A DNA stretch of 64,000 bases from Octopus vulgaris (lineage: Eukaryota). Location of the stretch: positions 170,066,001 through 170,130,000 of the forward strand of contig OX597814.1 in assembly GCA_951406725.2 (NCBI GenBank). Reading direction: 5' to 3'. Shown here piece after piece: positions 12,978-26,079 of the stretch. The position numbers and the translations under genes are program-made. A model generated the notes under the pieces. The model saw only the letters and a list, made by a program, of their open reading frames with translations. It was not told the DNA's origin and did no database searches. Numbering within the stretch: position 1 is the stretch's first letter; every line of letters begins with the position of its first letter.

Positions 12978-13393
12978 CTGTGTGGTAAGAAGCTTGCTTC
13001 CCAGCCACATGGTTCTGGGTTCAGTCCCACTGTGAAGCACCTTGGGCAAGTGTCTTCTACTATAGCCTCGGGCCAACCAAAGCCTTGTGAGTGGATTCAG
13101 TAGACAGAAACTGAATATATATGTTTGTCCCCCAACCATCGCTTGTGTTTGCATCCCTATAACTTAGCGGTTCGGAATAATTACCAGACTTACAAAGAAT
13201 AAGTCTGAAGGTTGATTTGTTTGACTATAGGTGGTGCTCCAGCATGGATGCAGACAAACGGCTGAAACACTAAAAGAATAAAAGAATAAAAGAATATATA
13301 TATATATATATAACAAAGTGGAGTTGTGGGGTACCGCACGAGTGGAATTATATACGAAAGAAGGTTTGAAAATGCAATTTAAAAGATGTTTAT

Positions 13394-13438
13394 TTACTTT
13401 ACCGGTTTCACTCTTTGGGAAAAGATTGTCAAAAGTAA
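13394..13438 (-). ncRNA. Type I hammerhead, U3-A8 core variant
   Basis: ttactt-TTGACAA-tcttttcccaaagagt-GAAA-ccgg-TA-aagtaa; perfect 6-bp stem I, palindromic ACCGGT. Confidence 0.65.
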
Positions 13439-13915
13439 CATGTGGAAGTTTGGTTGCGTTAATTATTGCTTGTTGCAAATTGCTACATTACATATATATA
13501 TACAGTCTTTGGTAACAGGGACATGTTAAGGACATAAAAAAGTTCAACAAGTTCCTTAAAATATTGGGCAAAAAAGATTACATAAATGCATACACACACA
13601 CACACACAACACATACATATATACATATATATAACACATCTACACATATAAATACATACACACACACAATGCACACACACACACACACACACACACAACG
13701 CACACACACACACACACACACACAACCCACACAACACACACATACATAACATACATATATATAATGCATGCGTGTGTGTGCCGCGTATGTGTGTGGTCAA
13801 TGTCTGCTAGTGCACCCTATGTGTGCTGATGCGTGCATGTGTCTGCTTGCATGATACGGTGCGAGTGTGCGTGTGTATTTGTGTGTTTGTTCTGGATGTG
13901 TGCCTGGGGGGTATG

Positions 13916-14420
13916 TTAGAGTATGTTTAGTTGTGGTCTGTATTTTTGAATAAGATTACTTTCCCTATTTATTCGTGTTTGGTCTGTGGTGTTGTCCGAG
14001 CATTGGTATAGTGGGAAGACTAAGAATTTGGGGGACTTATTGTGTGCACAAAGGTCTAAGTGTCCACTTAGTGGTATCTGTCTTGTGGAGGGGTCCCTCA
14101 GTTGTTGTCGGTGAACTGTCATTCTTTCTCTGAGGATAAGGCTCGTTTGCCCTATGTAGTCTTCGTGGCACCCTTCACACCTTATGATGTAGAGTAAATT
14201 TTTTGATGCGCACGTGGAATTATTTTTTATGATGAATGTGTGTCCCGACCGGAACTTGTACGTCGATCCCTCAATGAGGTGGATGCAAGTCCTGCAGTTG
14301 GGGCGACCACATTTTTTGATGGTGGGCGGTGGGTTTGTGTTGTGTAATTTTGCGTTGGTGAGGAGGTTTTTTAGGGATTTAGGCTGTCTCTTACTTTTTA
14401 TTATTTTATGAGCTGCCAAT
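13916..14420 (-). CDS. Penelope-type GIY-YIG endonuclease (5'-truncated; upstream part of ORF 13916..14548 reads through the inverted arm)
   Basis: CGRPNCRTC linker, NLLYIIRC..C.EDYIGQT..LRERMTVHR, RESNLIQKYRPQLN. Confidence 0.85.
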
Positions 14421-14475
14421 ATGTAATGTAGCAATTTGCAACAACCAATAATTAACGCAACCAAACTTCCACATG

Positions 14476-14520
14476 TTACTTTTGACAATCTTTTTCCAAA
14501 GAGTGAAACCAGTAAAGTAA
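14476..14520 (+). ncRNA. Inverted-arm copy of unit D hammerhead
   Basis: ttactt-TTGACAA-...-GAAA-ccag-TA-aagtaa. Confidence 0.55.
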
Positions 14521-14558
14521 ATAAACATCTTTTAAATTGCATTTTCAAACCTTCTTTC

Positions 14559-14599
<41 letters not shown>

Positions 14600-14734
14600 T
14601 GGTATATTCCGTTAGGAATATGGAAGAATACAGTAGACAGCTCGTTCATGTATAATCTCATATAAGTGTATATGTTGAGTGGTGCATGTGTATATGTATG
14701 CCTATGAATATATATATATATGATGATATATATA

Positions 14735-14770
<36 letters not shown>

Positions 14771-14913
14771 AAAAGCAATTAAGATTCAAGTCAATTCTAA
14801 TGAATTTACTTGAATGCGGTACTTAACTTAGATGCACCAGAAAACTATATGGTGTTAACCATACAGTAATGTGGGGTAATTATAAACGAGAAAGAAGCAA
14901 CAAGAATGGATTA

Positions 14914-15007
14914 GTTTTTAGTACAATTGTTTCATACAAAGACAGGCTTTATTAAAAGTTGCAAATATTGCAGCAGATAAAAGTGTCCCGTACTCATCAG
15001 CTAAAAC
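14914..15007 (-). ncRNA. Type I hammerhead ribozyme (unit A, sense 3' arm)
   Basis: ttttag-CTGATGA-gtac...gtat-GAAA-caattg-TA-ctaaaa. Confidence 0.8.
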
Positions 15008-16299
15008 ACATATGAGTTCTCCAAACATCTTAGTGGGTGAGGCTACACTCATGAAGTATTGGAGATAATTCCATTAAAAGCAGATTTAGGTTGTAAACAG
15101 ACTTCCGAAGTTCTTTAATGATGATTCACAGTCTTATCACAGGTTTTTAAAGAAAGCTTATTAGCTTCACAGAGAAGGTGAATTAATCCGTAGTGTAGAT
15201 GTAAATTTCCAGAGATATGAGGAGGAATTTCATACTCACAGACGATGAATTTATCCATGGTTAATCCACAATGAGGTGGGTATAATTTCATGCTATATGA
15301 TAAGGTATTTGTCACATTACTGTTCTCTTCACAAGACTGCTATGTTATGACTTCTAAAGGCTGAAGGAATTTTTGTGGAGCAAAGAAAAGAAAAGAAATG
15401 AAAGAGAAGAAAAGAGACAAGGAAAAAGGAAAAAAGAAAAAGAAAAAAGAAAAAGGAAAAGAAAAAAGGGGAGAAGAAAAGAAAAAAGAAAAAGAAAAAA
15501 GAAAAAAGGGGAAGAAGGGAGAAAAGAAAAAACGCTCACATAGAGTATACTGTGACAACTGAGAGGGAAAAGGGTCGCAGGTGGCCCACTACACAGAAGA
15601 ATTTGTAGACGGCCTGGCTGGCTTTGAATTTGCAGGAATCTAAGAACTATAAGGAGAATATTATTTTTGACCAGTAAACAGCTATTTATTGCCAACCTGA
15701 CGTAGCTGAAAGCAGATATGAGAATCTAAAGAGATAACAAGGTCAGGGATAGAGGGGTCAAAGGCTATCATCAAATGGAAATACATTAAGAGAAAAAATA
15801 AGTGCAATCCTAACAAGAGGTCATTTAAATTTATTTATTTATTTATTACTGTTACTGTCTTAAATTGTTGTCGTTACTATCTATACATTGACAGACTACA
15901 GGTCAATACTTAGAAGTTAGTTTAGAAGGTGTGAGGGAATTGCCTATTATATTGAAATTTCTCATACTACTTTCAAGGGAGTAGCATTACTTATTTAATT
16001 TTGTAATAGAATTATGAAGCCTTAGTAACTTATTTTATTAAAGTTGTGTTACCTAAATTAGATTAAATTAAAAATTAAAAATTAAAAATTAAATTTAAAA
16101 TTAAATAAAACTTAATTTAAGCAACGTACAAGTACTATTTGTTTCCTTGTGCTCAAAATCAGGTGCAGTTATAAAGAAAGAGATAACTGTAGTGTGAGAG
16201 CTCACAGTTATCTACTTAAAAAATTAAAGTTATGCTATACTAGTAAAAAACAAGCTATATCTATCTATCTATCTTGTTACGATTATTCTATACGGTTAT

Positions 16300-17750
16300 T
16301 CATTTAAAATATTTTAGAGTCTTCAATTTTGCGTGGACACAAACTTGACCTAATTCAATATGGTTATTTAACAAACCCTTATTTTTTCTATGTTTTAGAA
16401 TTTCATACGTCTCCATGGAGCAGAGTTGGCAACCAACCCTGTTATTTTTATACGGCATTGCTCTTCTAACTATTTCCCAATTAAGGTTATAATTCCTATT
16501 ATTATTTTTGAGTTCCCAGATCTTATTTGAAAGTGTGGTGGTACCAGCTTTATGACGTAATTTCAAAGATGAGATGTGGTTTCTAACTCTATCTCTAAAA
16601 TTTATCGTACAACCAATGTAAAAAATTTGTTATTCTCAGTAGATATGGTACATTTATAGATTACGTTATTTACCCCGCATAGACCAGGTGCCGGGTATTT
16701 TGACTTAATTCTACACTTACACGCAGGAGGATCAACTTCAGATGTTGGATTATTCATGGATAGATGTCTTATGTTCCTGTTATTTTGATTATCATGAGTA
16801 TAATTATCTTTATTATTATTATTATTTTTATAGTTGGTGCTGTTATCTAAAGCATTGTTATTATTTATTGATCCTTCTGCTCCATCTTTTAGATCTAAAG
16901 TCCTACCATGATTATTTACATTATTGGTATTGTTACTATTATTGCTAGTATTTTTATCTGAATGTATATTGTTGTTATAGATATCACTGATATTTTCATT
17001 CTCTGTATTTTCTCTATTAGCCTTACTTCTATTATTAACATTATTACTTCTATTAATATCAATATTATTATTACTCCTATTAATATTAATATTATTATTA
17101 GTCATTCTGTGGTTACTGATTCCAGCCATGTTTTGATAGTTACTATTGTTGCGTTTATTGTTGGTAGTATTATTATAATTGTTATTGGTATTCATGTTGG
17201 TATTATTATTTTTATTTTTATCTTTCCTGGCTAGCTTAATGTTGTTATTATTAATCTTAGCTATTAAAGTGGACATATTTGGGAGGGTTGAATAAGAAAT
17301 CCTAACTGTTTTTTTAGAAATAATTCTATGATATCTATGAGAGATTGGGAAATTTTTTTCTAGAATTACTTTGAATTTGCTCTGTATATCCGATTGAATC
17401 GCACAGTTGAAAGGAATATTCAGCCATATTATATCTTTCTTATTAAATTTCCTTGAATTAGAATCAGGGTTCGTTGAATTGTTACTATTCTTCTCACCAG
17501 AGTCATTGTATTTATTACCATTATTTGTATGCATCTTTGATTTGTCTAATTTGATTTTATCCGAGTTACCTATGCTTTGGTCTATGCTTCTATTTGTATT
17601 ATTGGGCTTGTACGCTAGATTTGCAGTTACCGTGAATCTACTTCTACTTCTATTTCGGGCCTGGTCTATATTGCTGCTTACGTGATTACTGATAACTTCT
17701 TTATTAGGAATATGTAAGTTCCCCTTATCAATAAATGTAATCTTTTGGTT
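16300..17750 (-). pseudogene. PLE C-terminal region with Asn-rich linker and GIY-YIG endonuclease, frameshifted near 16610
   Basis: IIWLNIPF...NFP..HRYHRII.K.TVRISYS; CKCR...GLCGVNNVIYKCTI; TTLSNKIWELK..NYNLNWEIV..CQLCSMETYEIL..LLN..CVH. Confidence 0.85.
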
Positions 17751-17867
17751 TCATCATTAAAGAACTTCGGAAGTCTGTTTACAACCTAAATCTGCTTTTA
17801 ATGAAATTATCTCCAATACTTCATGAGTGTAGCCTCACCCACTAAGATGTTTGGAGAACTCATATGT

Positions 17868-17961
17868 GTTTTAGCTGATGAGTACGGGACACTTTTATCT
17901 GCTGCAATATTTGCAACTTTTAATAAAGCCTGTCTTTGTATGAAACAATTGTACTAAAAAC
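17868..17961 (+). ncRNA. Type I hammerhead ribozyme (unit A, inverted arm)
   Basis: CTGATGA at 17875, GAAAC at 17942, palindromic ACAATTGT, GUA site, stem I ttttag/ctaaaa. Confidence 0.8.
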
Positions 17962-18824
17962 TAATCCATTCTTGTTGCTTCTTTCTCGTATATATATATA
18001 TATATGTATGTATGTATGCATGTGTAGGTAAATGTATGTGCGTGTATGTATATGTGAGTGTATGAGTGGGTGTATTTAGGCATATTTACATAGGTTTGTG
18101 AGTGGGAGAGTATATTTGAGTCTGTGTGTGTATGTATATATGTATCCGACCACTAAAATACTGAAGGTCAGCTAGTGAAATTCACATGTGTAGCCAATGA
18201 TAAAGAACAGGTCAGCAACTAGCTGGTACCAAAATAACCATCCACTACAGTCCACCAAATGCATTCTGGTAGCAAGCAACATGTGTCTACTGGCTGCAAC
18301 TGAATTCAAACCAAGATGGACAGAGGGGATTGCCTTGAAGTTGAAGATTTTAAACTAACAGAGACAACACTAGAATATATCACCTGAGGAAACACAACTA
18401 GAACTCATTATGCAAACAAACAGTTGCATAATCAAATATCTGTGTTTTTGGAGAACTGTGTCATATGAAACCTTTGTAGGGATCAAATGATGATCATCAT
18501 TTGACATCCGTTTTTCATGCTTGCATGTGTTGGACGGTTTGACATAGAGCTGACCAGTCAGGGAACTGTCCACACTCCATTACCTGTTGTGGCATGGCTT
18601 CTATGGCCAGATGCACTTCTTAATGCTAACCACTTAACAGAGTGTGCTGGGTAATTTTCACATGTCACTGGCATGGGTACATTTATGCAGCTCTGGCATG
18701 GGTGCATTTTATGTGGTATCAGTACCTGCAAAGGACAAACTCATTGTAAATATACTCATTGTAAACCTTCGCAAGTATAATGATGATCATACATATATAT
18801 AGATAGATATAGATATAGATATAT

Positions 18825-19193
18825 GAGCAAAACGCCCCCCCCCCGTCCAATGTCAAACCAAATTTTCTCAAAACAACTTATCCGACCATCCCATTTTGTG
18901 GCATTATTTCAAGCCAGCCAGCTTTTTTTGCACAAACTGAATGTGCATTTTTCTTGTGTATGCGTAGTATTGATCGCAACAGCTGATGTACTTACGCATA
19001 CAAATGCACGTTCCCACGGCTTTATCGATCACATTCTCACCTGGAATCGATTTTTGCAATTTTTTCAAGACTTATACACACCCTAATACCGTCGGTATCT
19101 ACATATCAAATTTGAGCACAATCAGATGGAGGATGCCCAAGATCCTAGAAGACACACACACAGACAGACAGAACAGATTTTATATAATAGATA
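18825..19193 (-). mobile_element. Non-autonomous Helitron-like element
   Basis: 5' ATCTATTATATAAAATC..(CTGT)n head on minus strand; second copy at 57253-57545 (+). Confidence 0.6.
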
Positions 19194-19210
19194 TGTATAG
19201 ATAGATAGAC

Positions 19211-19293
<83 letters not shown>

Positions 19294-21273
19294 CAGGCAG
19301 ATATTTAAGACCCACCAACCACAATAGAATTGAGATCTTAAAACCAAGATGCCTTGTGAAAAGCATTAGTGTGGGTGCTTGTGCCACGTAAAAAAAGCAC
19401 TGGTGATGGTGCCATATGGAAAGTGCTCAGTGTGCTCTGTAAAGTGGTTGGCATTAGGAAGGGCACCCAGCCAAAGAAAACAGGCCAAAACAGACTATAG
19501 AACTGAAAGCAGTCCTTGGCCTTGCCAGTTCCTGTCATGCTATCCAACCCATGCCAGCATGGTAAACAGGCATTAAATGTTGTTGTTGTTGATGATGACG
19601 ATGATGATGATGACATATATAGTATCTTTGACACAAATTACAACTTCATTTTCCAACTGTCAAAATTCCCACATGGTAGCTTTTAGTTATTATTTTAGTA
19701 TTTTAGTAATTTTTAGTTCATTAGTTTAAATAGTTCATGAAATCTCCCATTGCCTTACTTGCACCAGTTATTGCTTTTGAAAAATAATCAATAATATTGA
19801 AAAATAACTGGACCAATGAAGTAATTATTCCTATAATTATATTGATTTCTTATCCATTAATTTCCAGTTTCCTCATATGTTTTAAGCAATTCAGCTAGAA
19901 TCCATTTTCCAGCAGAGCAGCCAGTCTTGATTCTTGCTGCTAACTCACAATATAGTATTATTTTCGTATTGAAATACTGAGTCTGTAATAATTTCAATGA
20001 ATGTCCTGTGTTCACACTAGATAGACTTATAATATGGTTGCAGCAGTGATTATAATTAGTTTCTTATGTAGTTTAGATTTTCAGCACACACACACATATA
20101 TATGCATATGTATGTAATATGTGTGTGTGGGTATATATCACGGTGATCACCATAACTGACTAGGCTATCAGATGTTGCTACACATCACTGGTCACAATGC
20201 GCTTCGCATTGTTTTAGCCTTCAAATGACGCCACCTCACTGGCTAAGCAAGCAGGCCAACAGAAGAAAGAGTGAGAGAAAGTTGTGGTGAAAGAGTACAG
20301 CAGGAATTGTCACCACCCCCTCGTGGAGCTTTAGGTGTTTTCGTTCAATAAACACTCACAACGCCCGGTCTAGGAATCAAAACCACGATCCTATGACCGC
20401 AAGTTCACTGCCCTAACCACTGGGCCATTGCGCTTCCACATTAATTAATGTGCCTCCTATTAATTATATATATCATCATCATCATCATCATAATTGTTTA
20501 ACATCCGTTTTCCGTGCTAGCACGGGTTGGACGGTTCGACCGAGGTCTGGGAAGCCAGGGGCTGCACCAGGCCCCAGTCTGATCTGGCAGTGTTTCTACA
20601 GCTGGATGCCCTTCCTAACGCCAACCACTCCGCGAGTGTAGTGGGTGCTTTTTACGTGCCACCGGCACAGGTGCCTGGGGAGTCTATCAGCGGCCACGAT
20701 CGGTTGGTGCTTTTAATGTGCTACCGGCACGGAAGCCAGTCAAGGCAGCGCTGGCATCGGCCACGTTCGGATGGAGCTTTTTATATGCCACTGGCACAGA
20801 AGCCAGTCGAGGCAGCACTGGCATTGGCCACGTTCGGATGGTGCTTTTTATGTGCCACCGGCACAGGTATCACATAATAATATAATTAATAATTTAAAGG
20901 TGGAGCTCCAACATGGCAGCAGACAAATGACTGAAACAAATAAAAGAGTAAAAGAGTAATATCAAAGGGTAATCAGAAATATTTGAAAATTCCATTACCA
21001 GTGGCCTAGCATGTATATATATTTAATCTAAGGCGTAGCTGCTGAAGAAGACTTCGCCTAACAAATTATTTTATTTGCTAAAAAAAAAGTCTGGAACCAT
21101 TGGTCCAGGGGTTAGATGGTAAATGTTTTTATTTTTCATTCCTTCGAAACTTTATCCCTAATAGTGGTTTGGAATTTAACTGTCCTTTCTAGCGTGCAAG
21201 GAATCCTATGATGGATACTTCTTATGTCTTTAAATGTACACAGTATTTATTTATGTGTGTGTGTGTGTGTGTG

Positions 21274-21326
<53 letters not shown>

Positions 21327-21330
21327 TATA

Positions 21331-21560
21331 TATAGAGTAAAAGTAAAAAAAAAAGAAAGAAAATGCACATTAGTTATAAAAAATAATGGAATTTTAAAGA
21401 AAAGCAAAGATATATATACATGCAATTAAATAATTTGAGGTGGAATTATGAAGTATAAAAATCATCTAATTGTATGTATATATCTTTGCTTTTCTTAAAA
21501 AAGCCTTTATTTTTTATATCTAATGTACATTTTCTTTGTTTTCTTTTTACTTTCCCCTAT
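21331..21560. repeat. Foldback, ~105 bp imperfect arms
   Basis: AAGAAAAGCAAAGATATATATACATGCAATTA vs TAATTGTATGTATATATCTTTGCTTTTCTT. Confidence 0.75.
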
Positions 21561-21601
21561 TTATACCATGTGTAGTCTTTGTTCTTTGAAACCTATTTCT
21601 A

Positions 21602-21661
<60 letters not shown>

Positions 21662-21800
21662 AATTAGAGACAAAACTACTATTATGCAAATATATATAAA
21701 TTTATATAAATTTAAATAATAAGTATAGAAATTGATATTAATCAATTAAAACCAGTGGCTTAGCATATTTAAAATATCCAAAGATTAAAAATTGTGTTAC

Positions 21801-22036
21801 ATACAAAAGTAAGAGGAATGACCACTAAAGTGGACACCTAATATGCTAAACATAGATGTCAAATCGCCATTACCACAAAGAATGTGTTCTCAAGAAAAAT
21901 CTCAGCAAAACGCCAAAATGTAAAATTGAGCTGAGATTTTTCTTGAGAACACATTCTCCCTTGGTAATGGCAATTTGACGTTTATGTTTAACATATTAGG
22001 TGTCCACTTTAGTGGTTATTCCTCTTAATTTTGTAT
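21801..22036. repeat. Foldback, ~106 bp arms with ~23 nt loop
   Basis: ACCACTAAAGTGGACACCTAATATG...GAATGTGTTCTCAAGAAAAATCTCAGC vs GCTGAGATTTTTCTTGAGAACACATTC...CATATTAGGTGTCCACTTTAGTGGT. Confidence 0.85.
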
Positions 22037-22422
22037 ATATATATATGCATATATGGGTACAGGCTGTTACCAGCTGTGTAAACAACATAAAGTAAGAAAA
22101 CAAACAAGTTAAATACACAAACAATGAGAGAAAAATGGGAAACAGGATAAGTAAACAGAGAGAACGACCCTTCATCAGTTGTCGGCTGTCTATCTACTCA
22201 TTTTGAACAATCAATGACAATATTAGTCTTTGAAGACAGTTGCTCCCATAGATACCAAAATAAAATTTTGGATTTATGGAGGGTCAAAGTTAGGAACAAA
22301 AACAGGACAGTGGAGACATACAAGGAAACCAGACAAAAATAAATATGGAGGGTCGTTTGACCAGAACGAGAGGAAAATAGTGAAAGCATTTAGAGTGGAA
22401 TACAAACCTACAGAATTAGTTC

Positions 22423-23077
22423 CTAGAGCAGTGGAAGAATGTTATTTTCTCAGACGAGTCATTCTTTACCCTATTTCCGACCACCAGCTCAGTAAACGTG
22501 TGGAGACAGCCAAAAGAAGCATTTGACCCAGACTGCCTTCTTCCAACTATTAAACATGGAGGAGAATCTGTGATGATCTGGGGAGCTATATCTTGGAAAT
22601 CTGCTGGCCCAATGGTTTCTCTTCATGGCAGAATTAATAGTCAAGACTATTTAAACATTTTATCTGATCAAATTCATCCTATAGTTGCAGAACTGTTTCC
22701 GGAGGGAAACACAGTCTTTCGGGATAATAATGCATCAATTCACACAACTAAAGTTGTTACTGAATGGCACGAGGAACATTCAAGTGAAGTTGAACATCTT
22801 ATCTGGCCATCACAGTCCCCACATCTCATTATTGAACATTTATGGTGCATTTTAGAAAAACAAGTAAGGAGTCAACATCCACCACCATCATCACTGCAAG
22901 AACTGGAGACTGTTTTAGCTGAAGAATGGACGAAAATTCCTTTGGAAACAATTCAAACTTTGACGAGTCTATACCTCATAGAATTCAAGCTGTAATTCCT
23001 GCCAAAGGCAGTCCTACCGCATATTAAATTAAATTTGTTTGAAATTTTAAGGTGTTTCCATTATTTTGTCCAACCCC

Positions 23078-23079
<2 letters not shown>
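22423..23079 (+). mobile_element. Tc1-like (DD34E) transposon 3' part with right TIR
   Basis: EQWKNVIFSDES...VWRQPKE...PTIKHGGESVMIWGAIS...FRDNNASIH...WPSQSPHLIIEHLW; end TTATTTTGTCCAACCCCT-ATA. Confidence 0.9.
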
Positions 23080-23109
<30 letters not shown>

Positions 23110-23190
23110 TGTATGTATATATGTATGTATTATGTATGTATGTGTGTATGCATGTATGTATTATGTATGTATGTATGTATGCGCGCGCGC

Positions 23191-23231
<41 letters not shown>

Positions 23232-23234
<3 letters not shown>

Positions 23235-23686
23235 TCAATAATGAGGGTGAATAAAATTATAGATATTAATTTAATAATACCCTTATTTTAACACCCTCAT
23301 TATTGAATGTATTGATTTGATATGCTGCAGTAAATATTACATGCGGTATTCACATCCACTTAGCATTTACTTTCGGCGGGAATTTTGTAAATACAACCAG
23401 AATGTAATTGGTCAGACCATGGGAGAATCGTCGCTTGTAATGGTCTGATCAATTATATCGACAAATGTTGCTGACGAATCATAGACAATTATGTAAGTAG
23501 AATCTGCATTTTGTTGATGAGGAAACATATGTACAACATTAATCCATTATGTAGTTGTAATTTAATTTCATAGCGTTGACTGTGGTGCTATTTCTATGTG
23601 GAATTATAATCGGCGACTTTGACCGGTGGGTCTATGTCTAGCACATAGAGTCAACATACTCATAGTTGGCTCTCTAATATTTACGG
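23232..23686 (+). mobile_element. ORF-less PLE pLTR-like unit between TA runs
   Basis: Short IR (ATTCAATAATGAGGGTG / CACCCTCATTATTGAAT), hairpin at ~23408-23453, hammerhead. Confidence 0.6.
23464..23540 (+). ncRNA. Type I hammerhead ribozyme
   Basis: aatgttg-CTGACGA-atca...tgat gag-GAAA-catatg-TA-caacatt; 7-bp stem I, palindromic ACATATGT. Confidence 0.75.
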
Positions 23687-23719
<33 letters not shown>

Positions 23720-23954
23720 GGAGTGCTGAAAAGTTCCTGGTTGTGGGTAAAAGAAAATACAGAGAGTTCAGTTAATTATGATTTTACTGAATATAGTCAC
23801 CTCTCAGTTTCACACACTTATTGCAGTGGCCCTTCAATTTTTCTAAGCTCTATAAAGGAACTCAGACAGTTGGACCTCCAACCACGTCTTTGGCAATACC
23901 TTCAAAGCCAGGAACTTTACAGCACCCCATTGTCTATATATATATATACATATA

Positions 23955-24238
23955 TACATCAGATGTTGTTCCACATCGCTGGTCACAATGCATTCACATT
24001 GTTTTAGCCTTCGAATGACGCCACCCCGCTGGCTAAGCGAGCAGGCCAACAGAAGAAAGAGTGGGAGAAAATTGTGGTGAAAGAGTACAGCAGGGGTCAC
24101 CACCCCCTGCCGGAGCCTCGTGGAGCTTTTTAGGTGTTTTCGTTCAATAAACACTCACAACGCCCGGCCTGAGAATCGAAACCGCAATCCTACGACCGCG
24201 AGTCCACTGCCCTAACCACTGGGCCATTGTGCCTCCAC
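23955..24238 (-). mobile_element. tRNA-derived SINE (7350 family)
   Basis: Reverse complement of the 10178 copy. Confidence 0.85.
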
Positions 24239-24424
24239 ATATATATATGTGTGTGTATATATACATATACATATATATAAGAGCAAAATCTTGGATTTGC
24301 AGACAGCTTATTAAAAAATTTATACATGCAAAACCCTTATCCCTTTGAGTATCTTCCATAACTTTCAACTGGTTAAAAACTAAAGTAGCATATGTATGTA
24401 TGCGTATATGCTTGCATGCATGCA

Positions 24425-24462
<38 letters not shown>

Positions 24463-24896
24463 TACATATATGAATGAATGCATGCATATATGTATGCATG
24501 TATGCATGCATGCATGTATGCATGTATGCATGCATGCATGTATGCATGTATGCATGCATGCATGTATGCATGTATGCATGCATGTATGCATGTATGTATG
24601 TATGTACATATGCTTGTATGACTATCTATCATGCACACCACACATAAATAATACACTGAATGTGTCCTTACATTTTGAAGAGAAGCTCATTAAGCATTAA
24701 ACATCAAAAATTAAAATTAGATGCAATGAAAGAAAACATTAGCGATACAAATAATCTCTTGAAATGTTCAACATGTATCAGAGTTTGTCTATGTAATGTT
24801 AGTCGTGTTTGCTGTCACTCAAGGATATAAGAATGAAAGCCACTTGAAAGGATGTTGTGGTACACCTGAGCACAGTATACAATAATTTCATTATTA

Positions 24897-24939
<43 letters not shown>

Positions 24940-26011
24940 GTTTTTTTCCTTCTTTCTTAAAATTTTCTTCCGTTTCTTGTCGAGTGTTTTTCGTACACCT
25001 AGGGCAGAGAAGCTCATTGTATGCATTCCCAGATTATTATTATTGTTATTATTATTATTATTATTATTGTTGTTGTTGTTGTTGTTGTTGTTGTTATTAT
25101 TATATATCTGCCAATCACACAATATATGTTGTCTTTCTATTGGTCGGTTGAAGAGACACATATACTAATACCATGAAGGGGAAAGAGACATATCATAGCT
25201 GTGGTAAAATCTACTGACCATGAGTTGGGTTAAAAAGTCATCTTTGCAAAGGTTGTATTCGATAGCTGAGCCCATTGTGTGTGTACGCACATGTGTGTGC
25301 TAGTGTGTACATAAACACACACATGCGTTTGTGCAAGCATATATATATATATGTGTGATCATGTGACCAACAAGACTATTATATGTTGTTACATATCGCT
25401 GGTCACAATGCACTTTTCCTCATTTTAGTCTTTGAATGACTCCACTTCACTGGCTTGGTGAGCAGGCCCACATTTTCCCCTGGAGCAATGTGAAATGAAG
25501 TGCTTTGTGCATAAACACAACATGCCACCCAGTCTGAGAAGTGAACCCACAATCTAGCAATCATAACTGCAGCAACCTAACCAACTGGCCATGTGCCTTC
25601 ACACACACACACACACAAATCTCTCCACTCTGAAGATGGAGGCCAGATCTATCCAATGTTTATTTGCTTCCATTACTGGTTACGTATTTTTGTGAGCTAC
25701 ATTTACCAACATTATGAAATAACTCCAAGCCCCTAAAAATAGCTGTCAGACTTGTAACTCCATACCTTCTCCCCTTTAATTTTCTGTCTTTGTACTGTAT
25801 GTAAGTTTGCTCTGTTGAGAATTGTTGATATTTTATTAAAAGTAGTAGTGTTGATGGTGTCAATGGAAGTAATAATAGGAGAGAGAGAAAGAGTAGGTAT
25901 ATGAGAGAAAGAGAGAGATGATGTACAACTTTCTTGGACAGAAATTCCTGTGGTCAGCAACTACTGAACACTATTATTTTTGTTTTATTTTTTTGCTTTC
26001 TTTAATACACA

Positions 26012-26079
<68 letters not shown>

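Larger units (their letters stand above)
13313..14563 (-). mobile_element. PLE unit D: GIY-YIG-only, ~143 bp inverted arms, (TA)n-flanked
   Basis: Arms 13351-13494 / 14419-14563 (about 3 mismatches by eye); TA runs at 13294-13312 and 14560-14595. Confidence 0.9.
14767..17989 (-). mobile_element. PLE unit A: linker plus GIY-YIG, ~239 bp inverted arms, (TA)n-flanked
   Basis: Arms 14886-15124 / 17751-17989 (about 1 mismatch seen); TA runs on both sides. Confidence 0.9.
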
